From: an uncultured Eubacteriales bacterium
Lineage (GTDB): Bacteria; Bacillota; Clostridia; Oscillospirales; CAG-272
Assembly (NCBI GenBank): GCA_934447715.1
Contig: CAKSER010000005.1
Coordinates: forward strand, 25,678-89,677
Length of the DNA stretch: 64,000 nucleotides
Direction: 5' to 3'
Part shown: in pieces, positions 1 through 7,226 of the stretch
Layout: every line of letters begins with the position of its first letter
How positions within the stretch are numbered: position 1 is the first letter of the stretch
Made by a program: the position numbers and the translations under genes
The notes under the pieces: model-generated
Seen by the model: the letters and a program-made list of their open reading frames with translations, nothing else
Told to the model about the DNA's origin: nothing
Databases searched by the model: none

Positions 1-2
1 CA

Positions 3-1889
3 AGATATGATATATACTACGACGGCGCTATCGCAATCAGAAGCGCAATCAAGCAACTCACCGGAATCGAGCTTCCGATGGACGAAAAGAAGGATGAGGA
101 CACAGAAAACATCATCTACATCTGCGGAGAGGACAAACCCGGCTCTCTTCCGCAGGACAGCTTCTCGGTAAAGGCAAACGGATCTGTTCTTTCTATTGCC
201 GGAAGCACCAGAACCGGCTGTGTATGGGGAGTTTACTACATCGTAAGATATGTGTTCGGCTATGACGCGCTCCGCGATGTCGAGGTTCCGACATTTGAAA
301 AGCTCTCTGTCCCGGCAAAGCTCAACAAAACAGTTAAGATTGTAACCCACGGCGACGCTTCGATCTCCGGAAGAAAGCTTTCGGACTTCAGAATCGTTAT
401 TCCGTCTCTCAAGAGATATGAAAGCGAAGGCTATGCCGCAAAGCTCATCACAAACGCAATCGAGGATATGTGCGGCGGTCTTGTCGTCGAAACTCTCAAC
501 GACAACGAGGAAATCGAGGACAAGAACGGTCTTATCCTAATCGGAGAAACCGCATTTGAAAAGGAGCTCGGCTTTAATATCGACAGAGAAAAGCTGGCAG
601 GCGGCTCTATTGTCGTCAAGGTAAACGGTCAGAACGTTCTTGTCACAGGCAAGACCAGCGATCAGGTCGTAGCCGCCGCTTATGCGTTCCTTGAGGACTG
701 CATCGGATTCTACGATCTCGGATTTATGCCTGCTCTTCCCGAGAAGGACATCAACCTGAGAAACGGCTTCAAATTTACCGCAAAGAGCGCTCTTCGCGTT
801 GTTGATTCGCTTGAATTCGACATCGAAAGCCTTACAAAGAGCACAGTTGCCTCTGCAGGAGAGGAGATCTGCTTCAGCGATGAGGACACGGTTTATGACC
901 TTGTCGACAAGCTCTCGGACATTGCCGACGACAACGACACGATCTATGCAATTCTCAATGCAAAGACAAAGTGGTGCGACTGTGAGGAATGCAGAGCCGC
1001 AGCAGAAAGAACCGGAACAAAAGCCGGTGCCTTCTTTGAAGCGCTCAACAAGGCTGCAGACGAGCTTTACGACTACAAGATCGTTACTCTTGCAACCAAG
1101 GACACCCTCAAGGCGCCGAAGATGGAGCTTGCGGAGAATATCGATGTTGTCGTCTGCGACGACAAGCTCTGCTCCGCTCACTCTGTAGCAGACAAGAGCT
1201 GCGAGCACAACAAGAGCTTTGCAAAGACCGTAAGAGACTGGCTCAAGGTCACAGAGAATGTCTATGTGCTCGACCTTACAAGCGACTATCACCACTACCC
1301 CGTCTCCTTCCCGAACTGGAATGTCATCTATGACAACTTCAACTTCTATGTAAAGAGCGGTATAAAGGGTGTATATCTGCAGATTTACGGAAAGGGCTCG
1401 GTACAGACCCTCACAGAGTTCAAGGGCCTGCGCGAATTCCTTTACCGCAAGCTTGCAAGAAATCCGAAGGCTTCGCGCGACGAGTTTAAGACCTATATCG
1501 ACGAATACCTTGAAAAGGCGTTCGGAAAGGCTGCTCCTGCGGTTTCGGCATATATGGAAAAGGTCGAAAAGCTCGCATCCGGCAAGTGCTACGGCATTTA
1601 CACTCCTGCGGCAGTGCTTCTTCCGATCGAGAAATCCGGAGAGTGGTACGATCTTACCGAATGCACCGAAATGTTCGAGTGCTGGGATGCCGTAACTCCG
1701 TACACAGAGGCGGTCGACAAGACCAAATCTATGGTAGGACACATGGTTCTCCGCCGCATTTCCGAGCTTAACCGTTCCGACAACGCAATGCATGCAAAGA
1801 TGCAGTACACACTCTGGCTGCAGAAGGCTATCGACAACAAGAACCGCACCATGGCAATCAGATCCATGCTCGGCGAGCTCTCGAAATAA
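3..1889 (+). CDS. DUF4838-like protein, probably 5'-partial
   Basis: 603-aa ORF from ATG 78, but the same frame has no stop back to nt 3 (RYDIYYDGAIAIRSAIKQLTGIELP-M...), so the true start is probably outside the window. KWCDCEEC cysteine motif and size recall DUF4838 (recollection only). Confidence 0.6.
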   Translation, partial: RYDIYYDGAIAIRSAIKQLTGIELPMDEKKDEDTENIIYICGEDKPGSLPQDSFSVKANGSVLSIAGSTRTGCVWGVYYIVRYVFGYDALRDVEVPTFEKLSVPAKLNKTVKIVTHGDASISGRKLSDFRIVIPSLKRYESEGYAAKLITNAIEDMCGGLVVETLNDNEEIEDKNGLILIGETAFEKELGFNIDREKLAGGSIVVKVNGQNVLVTGKTSDQVVAAAYAFLEDCIGFYDLGFMPALPEKDINLRNGFKFTAKSALRVVDSLEFDIESLTKSTVASAGEEICFSDEDTVYDLVDKLSDIADDNDTIYAILNAKTKWCDCEECRAAAERTGTKAGAFFEALNKAADELYDYKIVTLATKDTLKAPKMELAENIDVVVCDDKLCSAHSVADKSCEHNKSFAKTVRDWLKVTENVYVLDLTSDYHHYPVSFPNWNVIYDNFNFYVKSGIKGVYLQIYGKGSVQTLTEFKGLREFLYRKLARNPKASRDEFKTYIDEYLEKAFGKAAPAVSAYMEKVEKLASGKCYGIYTPAAVLLPIEKSGEWYDLTECTEMFECWDAVTPYTEAVDKTKSMVGHMVLRRISELNRSDNAMHAKMQYTLWLQKAIDNKNRTMAIRSMLGELSK

Positions 1890-1940
1890 TTTTTACTCGG
1901 TTCGGGCAAAACCGGACAGCAAAATGCATATAAGCACAAG

Positions 1941-1976
1941 GCTCCGCCTGATTTTTTCGATCGGCGGAGCTTTTGC
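1941..1976 (+). terminator. rho-independent terminator
   Basis: GCTCCGCC (1941-1948) pairs with GGCGGAGC (1963-1970), followed by TTTTGC. Confidence 0.7.
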
Positions 1977-2003
1977 TTGCAAAATCCGGATTTGTATTGT
2001 AAA

Positions 2004-2714
2004 ATGATATCTGTTATGAGCATATACTACACAGAAGCAAACGGAACAAAAATTGAATATGAGCTTACAAGAAAGCAGATTAAAAACATCAATATCCGCG
2101 TAAAAGCCGACGGAAGCGTTCATGTATCGTCGCCGAAAAGGGTCAAAATCGACGCAGTAAAAAACTTTGTCGACTCAAACGCCGAGGCGATCAGCCGCGC
2201 AATCGAAAAGCTCAAAAAGAAAACGGCTGTTCTTAATGAAAACGAAACGCGCCTGCTCGGGAAAAGATATACCGTACTTGCCGTCTGCAAAAGCAGAAAG
2301 GATTGCCCTAAGCATGAGATCATTAATGATAAAATAGTCCTTTATCTTGACGACCCGGCGGATCCGAACGAAAGAGAAAAAGCACTCCTTGATTTTAAAA
2401 GGGATGTCTGTAAAAGGTCCGTGCTGCCGATTTGTAAAAGACTTCTTCCGGAATTTGAGGATGCGATCGGCAAGGAGCCGAAAATCACCTTTAAGAGCAT
2501 GAAAACAAGATGGGGCAGCTGCAATCCGAAGAAAGGCAGGCTTAATTTCAGCATTATGCTTGCCGATGAGCCGATTGAGTTTGTCGAATATGTCGTCCTG
2601 CATGAATTCACGCATTTTCTGCGCGCGGATCATTCGGATGAGTTTTACAAACTGATTCTTAAAAGGATGCCGGATTACAAAAGCCGCAAAAAGCTGTGCG
2701 GAAAAACCGAATAA
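2004..2714 (+). CDS. YgjP/DUF45-type (SprT/M48-like) metal-dependent hydrolase
   Basis: LHEFTHF zinc motif near the C-terminus, and N-terminal YYTE...YELTRKQIKNINIRV layout typical of DUF45. Start is ambiguous (1977, 2004 or 2016). Confidence 0.75.
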   Translation: MISVMSIYYTEANGTKIEYELTRKQIKNINIRVKADGSVHVSSPKRVKIDAVKNFVDSNAEAISRAIEKLKKKTAVLNENETRLLGKRYTVLAVCKSRKDCPKHEIINDKIVLYLDDPADPNEREKALLDFKRDVCKRSVLPICKRLLPEFEDAIGKEPKITFKSMKTRWGSCNPKKGRLNFSIMLADEPIEFVEYVVLHEFTHFLRADHSDEFYKLILKRMPDYKSRKKLCGKTE

Positions 2715-2747
2715 TTTAAAGTTTTTAAAAATCTTAAGCAATACCTA

Positions 2748-2776
2748 TTGCAATTTTCCCCGGTTTATGCTAAACT
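2748..2776 (+). promoter_or_regulatory. sigma70-like promoter of the tRNA-Ser locus
   Basis: TTGCAA (2748-2753), 17-nt spacer, TAAACT (2771-2776). It is the only recognisable promoter upstream of 2817-3095. Confidence 0.45.
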
Positions 2777-2816
2777 ATTTATCTGTAAGCGCTTCGGCTT
2801 GCATTATAAAAGATAC

Positions 2817-2858
2817 GGAGAGGTATCGAAGTGGTCATAACGGGGCTGACTCGAAATC
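2817..2858 (+). pseudogene. orphan 5' half of tRNA-Ser(CGA)
   Basis: 42/42 nt identical to 3010-3051 (acceptor 5' strand through the anticodon loop). Identity ends abruptly and no T-arm or acceptor 3' strand follows. Confidence 0.8.
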
Positions 2859-3009
2859 TCTTTCGGCTGACGGAAGTAAAACTTCCGAAAAGCCTTTAAC
2901 CGTGCGGGTTTCGGGCACTTGCCCGCCGCAGGTACACCGTGAGTTCTAACAGGAATTCTAATACAACTGAATACTTGCGTTGATCTCGGTTTTCCGAGTT
3001 AACATACAT

Positions 3010-3095
3010 GGAGAGGTATCGAAGTGGTCATAACGGGGCTGACTCGAAATCAGTTTGCGAGCAATCGCACATGGGTTCGAATCCCATCCTCTCCG
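3010..3095 (+). tRNA. tRNA-Ser (anticodon CGA), class II with long variable arm
   Basis: Hand-folded cloverleaf: acceptor GGAGAGG/CCTCTCC, 3-bp D stem, anticodon stem GCTGA/TCAGT with loop CTCGAAA, variable arm TGCGA-GCAA-TCGCA, T arm ATGGG-TTCGAAT-CCCAT, discriminator G. CCA is not encoded. Confidence 0.9.
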
Positions 3096-3100
3096 AAAAT

Positions 3101-3376
3101 AAAAAAGCATCCTTTACGGGTACTTTTTTATTTTCCTCTGTTGGGATTCGAACGGGTCGGTGTTGAATGTCCTGCCGGTGGCAGGGCAGATCCGACCCTG
3201 ACCGAGCCCACAGGCGAGAACGAATCCCTCTCTCTCCGAATACAAAAAAGCATCCTTTTTATGGGTGCTTTTTTTCCTCTCTGTTGTGATTCGAACGGGT
3301 CGGTGTTGAATGTCCTGCCGGTGGCAGGGCAGACTCGACCCTGACCGAGCCCGCAGGCGAGACCGAATCCATCTCC
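3101..3376 (+). repeat. two tandem ~143-bp units, each a terminator-like hairpin plus a ~100-nt structured element ending in a tRNA-Ser 3'-end mimic
   Basis: Element A (3135-3238) and element B (3276-3376) are ~94% identical. Nested stems: GGGATTCG/CGAATCCC, GGGTCGG/CCGACCC, CCTGCC-GGT-GGCAGG. A ends CGAATCCCTCTCTCTCCG, compared with the tRNA end CGAATCCCATCCTCTCCG. AAAAAAGCATCC...T-run hairpins lie at 3101-3129 and 3244-3275. Confidence 0.85.
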
Positions 3377-3387
3377 AAAGCCAAGAA

Positions 3388-3427
3388 AGCCGCACGATTT
3401 TTCGGTTGGGCGGCTGTGTGATTTTTG
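3388..3427 (+). terminator. terminator-like hairpin closing the tRNA/repeat locus
   Basis: AGCCGCAC...GGGCGGCT imperfect stem followed by GTGTGATTTTTG. The A-rich 5' flank could let it act in both directions. Confidence 0.5.
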
Positions 3428-3519
3428 CAGACATTTTTATTTTTTTAGTTATTTAATCAAGCTGCAGCTATGAATATGCACCGAATTTACTTTGTTAAGC
3501 GAGCAAAATAAAGCCGCAT

Positions 3520-3972
3520 TCAGATATTGGTATGAATGTAATACAAGGTCAATGTTTCAACGTCGAAAAAGTATATACTGTAATTGTCATATTTTTCGTA
3601 CTTTGAATCTCCGATCGGCTTCCCTTCTTTTGTTTCTATTCGGACATAATCTCCCGAAGAAACAGAGTTAATATCAAAAACGTACTCATCCATACGGTTT
3701 TCATACTCCATTACGCTCCCGAAATGCTCGAAGTAGCCTTTTACATTTTCGATATCGCTTTCGCCGATTTTCGTGTACGCTTTATTTTCCTTGAAGCAAT
3801 CGGCAGAATTATATTTATAATAGCAAAAATCAGTAAAGTCCTGAAAGCCGGACTCATCAAAATGCTCTTCGGACTCGATATAACCGTCCGGTACATATTT
3901 CAGCTTGCCGAAGCAGGAAGAAAGCAAAAATACGGCAGCTATCAAAAGGAGTACACATATTACTCTCTTCAT
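3520..3972 (-). CDS. small lipoprotein of unknown function (moron candidate)
   Basis: Signal peptide with lipobox (VFLLSS-C). It is markedly more AT-rich than its neighbours and is separated from the lysin by terminators and a ~340-nt gap. Confidence 0.7.
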   Translation of the reverse strand: MKRVICVLLLIAAVFLLSSCFGKLKYVPDGYIESEEHFDESGFQDFTDFCYYKYNSADCFKENKAYTKIGESDIENVKGYFEHFGSVMEYENRMDEYVFDINSVSSGDYVRIETKEGKPIGDSKYEKYDNYSIYFFDVETLTLYYIHTNI

Positions 3973-4233
3973 AATATTCCCTTCTCTTTAGGTTTGTTTT
4001 GTCTTTTCTGTATTTTATTATAGTATTTTTCTTTCAAAAGTCAAGGGGGCTCAAATTATGTGGATATTGGCTTACAGGAGGCATTTTTCATTGTTGAAAT
4101 TCGGCCAGAAACACACCGCAAACTTGAACTCTGTAAGAATTTACTTTTATAACGGTATATTCATTGCAGTGACAAGTGCGCGTTAACAAAAAGAAGAGGA
4201 TAGGAATTGCCTGTCCTCTTTTCTTTTTTAAGA

Positions 4234-4262
4234 GCAAAAAATCCCCTGCAAAAGCAAGGGGT
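4234..4262 (-). terminator. rho-independent terminator of the lysis operon
   Basis: On the minus strand: CCCCTTGC-TTTT-GCAGGGG followed by ATTTTTTGC. A second hairpin (GAGGATAGG/CCTGTCCTC) lies at ~4195-4222. Confidence 0.7.
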
Positions 4263-4309
4263 TTTCTGCATTTGGGAGGATATAAATACACGCAGGAAAA
4301 GCTGCGGTA

Positions 4310-5098
4310 TCAGCGAGTTAAATATCTCGAAATAGTAACAGCATCCTTTTCGTCTACCACGCCGTCGCCGTTCAGATCTGCCTTTGTAAGGTCAATGTTC
4401 ACCTTCCACCCTGCAAGATATCGAGATAGCAGAACAGCATCCTTTTCGCCTATAACGCTGTCACCGTCAAGATCATGCTCAAGGGTGTAAAGATACCCCT
4501 CAACCTTTGCAAGAAAGGCTTTCCAGTTGCTTCTTGCAACCTTTCCGCCTGTGCTGCGGAAGATGTAATACGGACACCACTTCTTTCCGTAGACAACGTT
4601 TGCAGACTGCTCGGCCGGATCGTCAAAATGCTTTCCTTCGCGCTCGTTTACCCAATATGTATGGGTCACAACCTTCGATACCGGGAGCTTGTATACATGG
4701 CAAAGGATCGCGCACAGCTTGGCGCAGTTGTCCTCTGCTTTCATGTCTTTTGCTGTGTACCCGGATGTCATGCAGCACTCGATTGAAATCGTTGTGTAGT
4801 TGCCGCCGCTTTTGTTGGCTGTACCGTCAGGCTTGAAGGTGTCACCGGCATGATATGTCAGCTCACCGAGAGGAGCAAGAAGCTGAACCTCCTTTTCATC
4901 TACAATAAAGTTGAAGGATGCCTGACCGAGCATGCCGTTTTTTAAGGCAGCTGCGTATCTGTCGGCACTGTTCGATTTGCATGCGGTCGAGTTGTGTACC
5001 GTGATTCCTGTTATGTTGATCTTTGTGCCGAGAGACACAACAATGTTCCGGTATACGTTAAGCCCGAGAAGAGACAGCTCATCTATCTTTTTCTTCAT
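4310..5098 (-). CDS. endolysin: N-acetylmuramoyl-L-alanine amidase (Amidase_2/PGRP-like) with C-terminal dockerin-type module
   Basis: Sits just downstream of the holin. The N-terminal part resembles Amidase_2. The last 54 aa carry two Ca-binding loop repeats, DLDGDSVIGEKD...RYL and DLNGDGVVDEKD...RYL. Confidence 0.85.
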   Translation of the reverse strand: MKKKIDELSLLGLNVYRNIVVSLGTKINITGITVHNSTACKSNSADRYAAALKNGMLGQASFNFIVDEKEVQLLAPLGELTYHAGDTFKPDGTANKSGGNYTTISIECCMTSGYTAKDMKAEDNCAKLCAILCHVYKLPVSKVVTHTYWVNEREGKHFDDPAEQSANVVYGKKWCPYYIFRSTGGKVARSNWKAFLAKVEGYLYTLEHDLDGDSVIGEKDAVLLSRYLAGWKVNIDLTKADLNGDGVVDEKDAVTISRYLTR

Positions 5099-5309
5099 AC
5101 GGATTTTCCCCGGCTTTCTGCGGAAGATTCATAAGCGCCGCAAGACCGGCAGCAATGCCGGATACAGCAAGGCAAAGAAGCGAGTTTGCAAGTACGTTGT
5201 AATCGTCTGTTCCCTTGGCAAGAACATAGCTCAGATTCGCGACAATGTATCCTGCCGCTGCCTGAAAGAAGGTTCTGCCTGCTCTTTTAAGTGTTTCTTT
5301 CATGATCAA
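5079..5309 (-). CDS. holin (XhlB / LL-H-like)
   Basis: 76 aa with two hydrophobic segments, RTFFQAAAGYIV motif, immediately upstream of and overlapping the endolysin. Confidence 0.7.
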   Translation of the reverse strand: MIMKETLKRAGRTFFQAAAGYIVANLSYVLAKGTDDYNVLANSLLCLAVSGIAAGLAALMNLPQKAGENPYEEKDR

Positions 5310-5332
5310 TACCTCGTTTATAAAATTTGTTT

Positions 5333-5629
5333 TTACTTTATAATCAGCGTCAGAAGCGCTCCGATCCCTGCCGAGCAGAGAGCAGCAATAATATAACCGA
5401 CAATCCGCTTGTACTTTGCCCCCGGCTCCATTTCAAGAGCTGTGACCTTGCCGTCTATGCGGTCTATTTTGCTGTTGGCTTCCTTTTGCTGATAAGCAAG
5501 AAGCTTGATGCTTCCTGCCATCTCTGTAAGAGCTTCATTGTCCTTTTCGAGCCTGTCAATTCTGTGACTGTTCGATTTCCCTCGCTGCTCTGCTTCTGCG
5601 AGGCGCTCAACAATTTCCGATTCGTTCAT
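5333..5629 (-). CDS. XhlA-like lysis-associated membrane protein
   Basis: N-terminal coiled coil plus a single C-terminal TM segment. The order with the next two genes resembles xhlA-xhlB-xlyA of PBSX-type phages. Confidence 0.6.
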   Translation of the reverse strand: MNESEIVERLAEAEQRGKSNSHRIDRLEKDNEALTEMAGSIKLLAYQQKEANSKIDRIDGKVTALEMEPGAKYKRIVGYIIAALCSAGIGALLTLIIK

Positions 5630-5635
5630 TTTTTC

Positions 5636-6259
5636 TCACCAAGAAACATCAATAATATAGTGCGACGGATAAAGAGAATAATTGACTGAATTAACAACCC
5701 AGACTAAGCCGTTGTCTCTGACAACCAGACTTCCTACACCTAAAAAATCAGAGTCGGTCGAGGTAAGTCTGATTGAAAAATGGCGGTCGCTCTGTTCGCC
5801 TGACGGATTGTATCTGACTGTACGCTGATAGTAACCGGTACTTACAATACGGGAATTGTTAGCTGCAAGAGTTTCGATAATCGCGCCTGCCGTACCCGAT
5901 GCCGTGTTGTTTCTTGCCCGGACAACCAGTGTGTCAAGCGATGCAATCTCCGAAAAAATCGTGTCGGTTGCCAAGACAAATTCCGTTTCTGATCCGGTCA
6001 CCTTTTCTGTAATTTCCCCTTCGTAATGCCTGAAATTGCTTCCGCCGCTGACATTTACGCTTGCGCTCGCAAATTCGGTCACATCATATGTGCCGTTTTC
6101 GGTAATCTGCTTTGTTCCTTGAGGGATAGAAAGCGTGCCGGTTATCATGTCCCCGTTTGAATCGTGCGCCGTGCAGCCCTGTAAGAGCTTATCGGCTGCT
6201 ACCGTGTCGGCGGTAAGATCGATTCCTGCGCCGTCAATTAAAATTTTGCTTGTGCCCAA
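5636..6259 (-). CDS. tail-fibre-associated protein, unknown function
   Basis: 207-aa ORF abutting the stop of the collagen-like gene; assigned by position only. Confidence 0.55.
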   Translation of the reverse strand: MGTSKILIDGAGIDLTADTVAADKLLQGCTAHDSNGDMITGTLSIPQGTKQITENGTYDVTEFASASVNVSGGSNFRHYEGEITEKVTGSETEFVLATDTIFSEIASLDTLVVRARNNTASGTAGAIIETLAANNSRIVSTGYYQRTVRYNPSGEQSDRHFSIRLTSTDSDFLGVGSLVVRDNGLVWVVNSVNYSLYPSHYIIDVSW

Positions 6260-6907
6260 TCAGCTCACCCCCACAATGTAAAAAGATGTTGTAACGCCGT
6301 TTGTAACGATCGTGACGGTGTGCCTTGCGGCTGCGTATTCGGTTCCGCCGATCGTGATTTTGCCTTTGTTTTCCTTGTTTGTAATGTCCTGGTGCTGAGT
6401 TAAATAACCGCTGTCGTTTTCAAGCTCGCTTGTTTTTTTCGGAATGTCGGAAACGCTCGCCGCGCCGATATTTTCCCTTGCCTGAAGCTTTTGCGATTCG
6501 GTTTTTTCCTGCTTGGAATACTGTACCGGATCGGCAAGTGAAACGGCAATACCGGCAATCTGCTCCTTGTCGCTGTCGGTTAAAACGTAATCCTCGCCGT
6601 CTGCCCCCTTCGGGCCCTGTGAGCCTGTGTCTCCTTTCGGCCCCGGAGCTCCCTGCGGCCCGGTATCTCCTGCAGGACCTTGCGGACCGGTTGCACCGCG
6701 CTGTCCTTCTGGACCTGTGGCGTTTATTTCGGTATCCTTTTCACCGATGTACCAATGACCGTTTTCTCCAATGTGCGGTGTAACACCTGGAATTCCCTGC
6801 GGTCCTGCGGCACCTTGTGGTCCGGGCACACCTTCTCTGCCTCTTTCTGCCTCAATTCGGCCGTCTAGACCTTCATATCCCATTTTAAATTTTATATTCA
6901 GGTTCAT
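6260..6907 (-). CDS. collagen-like repeat tail fibre protein
   Basis: Two blocks of Gly-X-Y triplets (GREGVPGPQGAAGPQGIPG and GPEGQRGATGPQGPAGDTGPQGAPGPKGDTGSQGPKGADG). Confidence 0.8.
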   Translation of the reverse strand: MNLNIKFKMGYEGLDGRIEAERGREGVPGPQGAAGPQGIPGVTPHIGENGHWYIGEKDTEINATGPEGQRGATGPQGPAGDTGPQGAPGPKGDTGSQGPKGADGEDYVLTDSDKEQIAGIAVSLADPVQYSKQEKTESQKLQARENIGAASVSDIPKKTSELENDSGYLTQHQDITNKENKGKITIGGTEYAAARHTVTIVTNGVTTSFYIVGVS

Positions 6908-7212
6908 ATAGCCTCCTCGTTTAGAATTCTGTCAACCGATATTCTCATTATGTCACTTGGAAACACATTGTTGCCGATTTTTACTTTGACCTGTATTTCT
7001 CCCACCACGCCTTTGTTAAGTCTAAGTGTATCCTGCTGTGTAAGCTCCAGAACAAGAGAATTGCTTGTGTTGTCCGACGCCATTTCGGGAAGCTCTTTGC
7101 TTATGACCTCGATTCCGTTCTGCGCTATAGAAAAAACTGCAGCAGTTATATCTGCAACCTGTATTTCGCCCGGCATATTCAGTGTTATTTTTGGCGTTGA
7201 TCCTCTGATCAT
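6904..7212 (-). CDS. virion-associated hypothetical protein
   Basis: Start trimmed to MIRGSTPK, which is preceded by GGAGGGG. Assigned by position in the tail-tip module. Confidence 0.55.
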   Translation of the reverse strand: MIRGSTPKITLNMPGEIQVADITAAVFSIAQNGIEVISKELPEMASDNTSNSLVLELTQQDTLRLNKGVVGEIQVKVKIGNNVFPSDIMRISVDRILNEEAI

Positions 7213-7226
7213 TTTCCCCTCCGTTA

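Noticed and set aside
537-1793. 418-aa antisense ORF inside the DUF4838-like gene. Similar long antisense ORFs occur at 25525-26508, 30821-31753, 15376-16053, 12068-12706, 42393-43178, 50514-51365, 52297-53022, 53086-53694 and 60003-61323.
   Set aside because: Each lies opposite a gene with clear family motifs or phage-module context. Their translations are Cys/Arg/Leu/Ser-rich and low in complexity, with no motifs. They are typical shadow ORFs of mid-GC coding DNA.
2859-3009. Group I intron or hammerhead-type ribozyme between the tRNA half-copy and the intact tRNA
   Set aside because: The downstream sequence restarts at tRNA position 1 rather than supplying a 3' exon. CTGACGG...GAAA lacks the conserved CUGAnGA A9, so it is not a hammerhead core. 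150 nt is too short for a group I core.
3135-3376. Repeat elements A and B as genuine tRNA or tRNA-Sec genes (the 8-bp closing stem is tempting)
   Set aside because: No D-arm, no 7-nt anticodon loop and no T-arm can be drawn on either strand. Only the last ~20 nt resemble a tRNA 3' end.
3024-3434. 106-aa ORFs on both strands (3024-3344 plus strand, 3114-3434 minus strand) spanning the tRNA and the tandem repeats
   Set aside because: They run through a tRNA gene, terminator hairpins and the duplicated element, so the reading frames are a by-product of the repeats. There is no RBS and no protein-like composition.
4088-4490. ORFs 4088-4291 (minus strand) and 4176-4490 (plus strand) in or near the lysin-lipoprotein gap, and a 32-codon TTG ORF after AGGAGG at about 4075
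   Set aside because: They overlap terminator hairpins or run antisense to the endolysin. No motifs. This region is more plausibly the prophage end or a promoter region.
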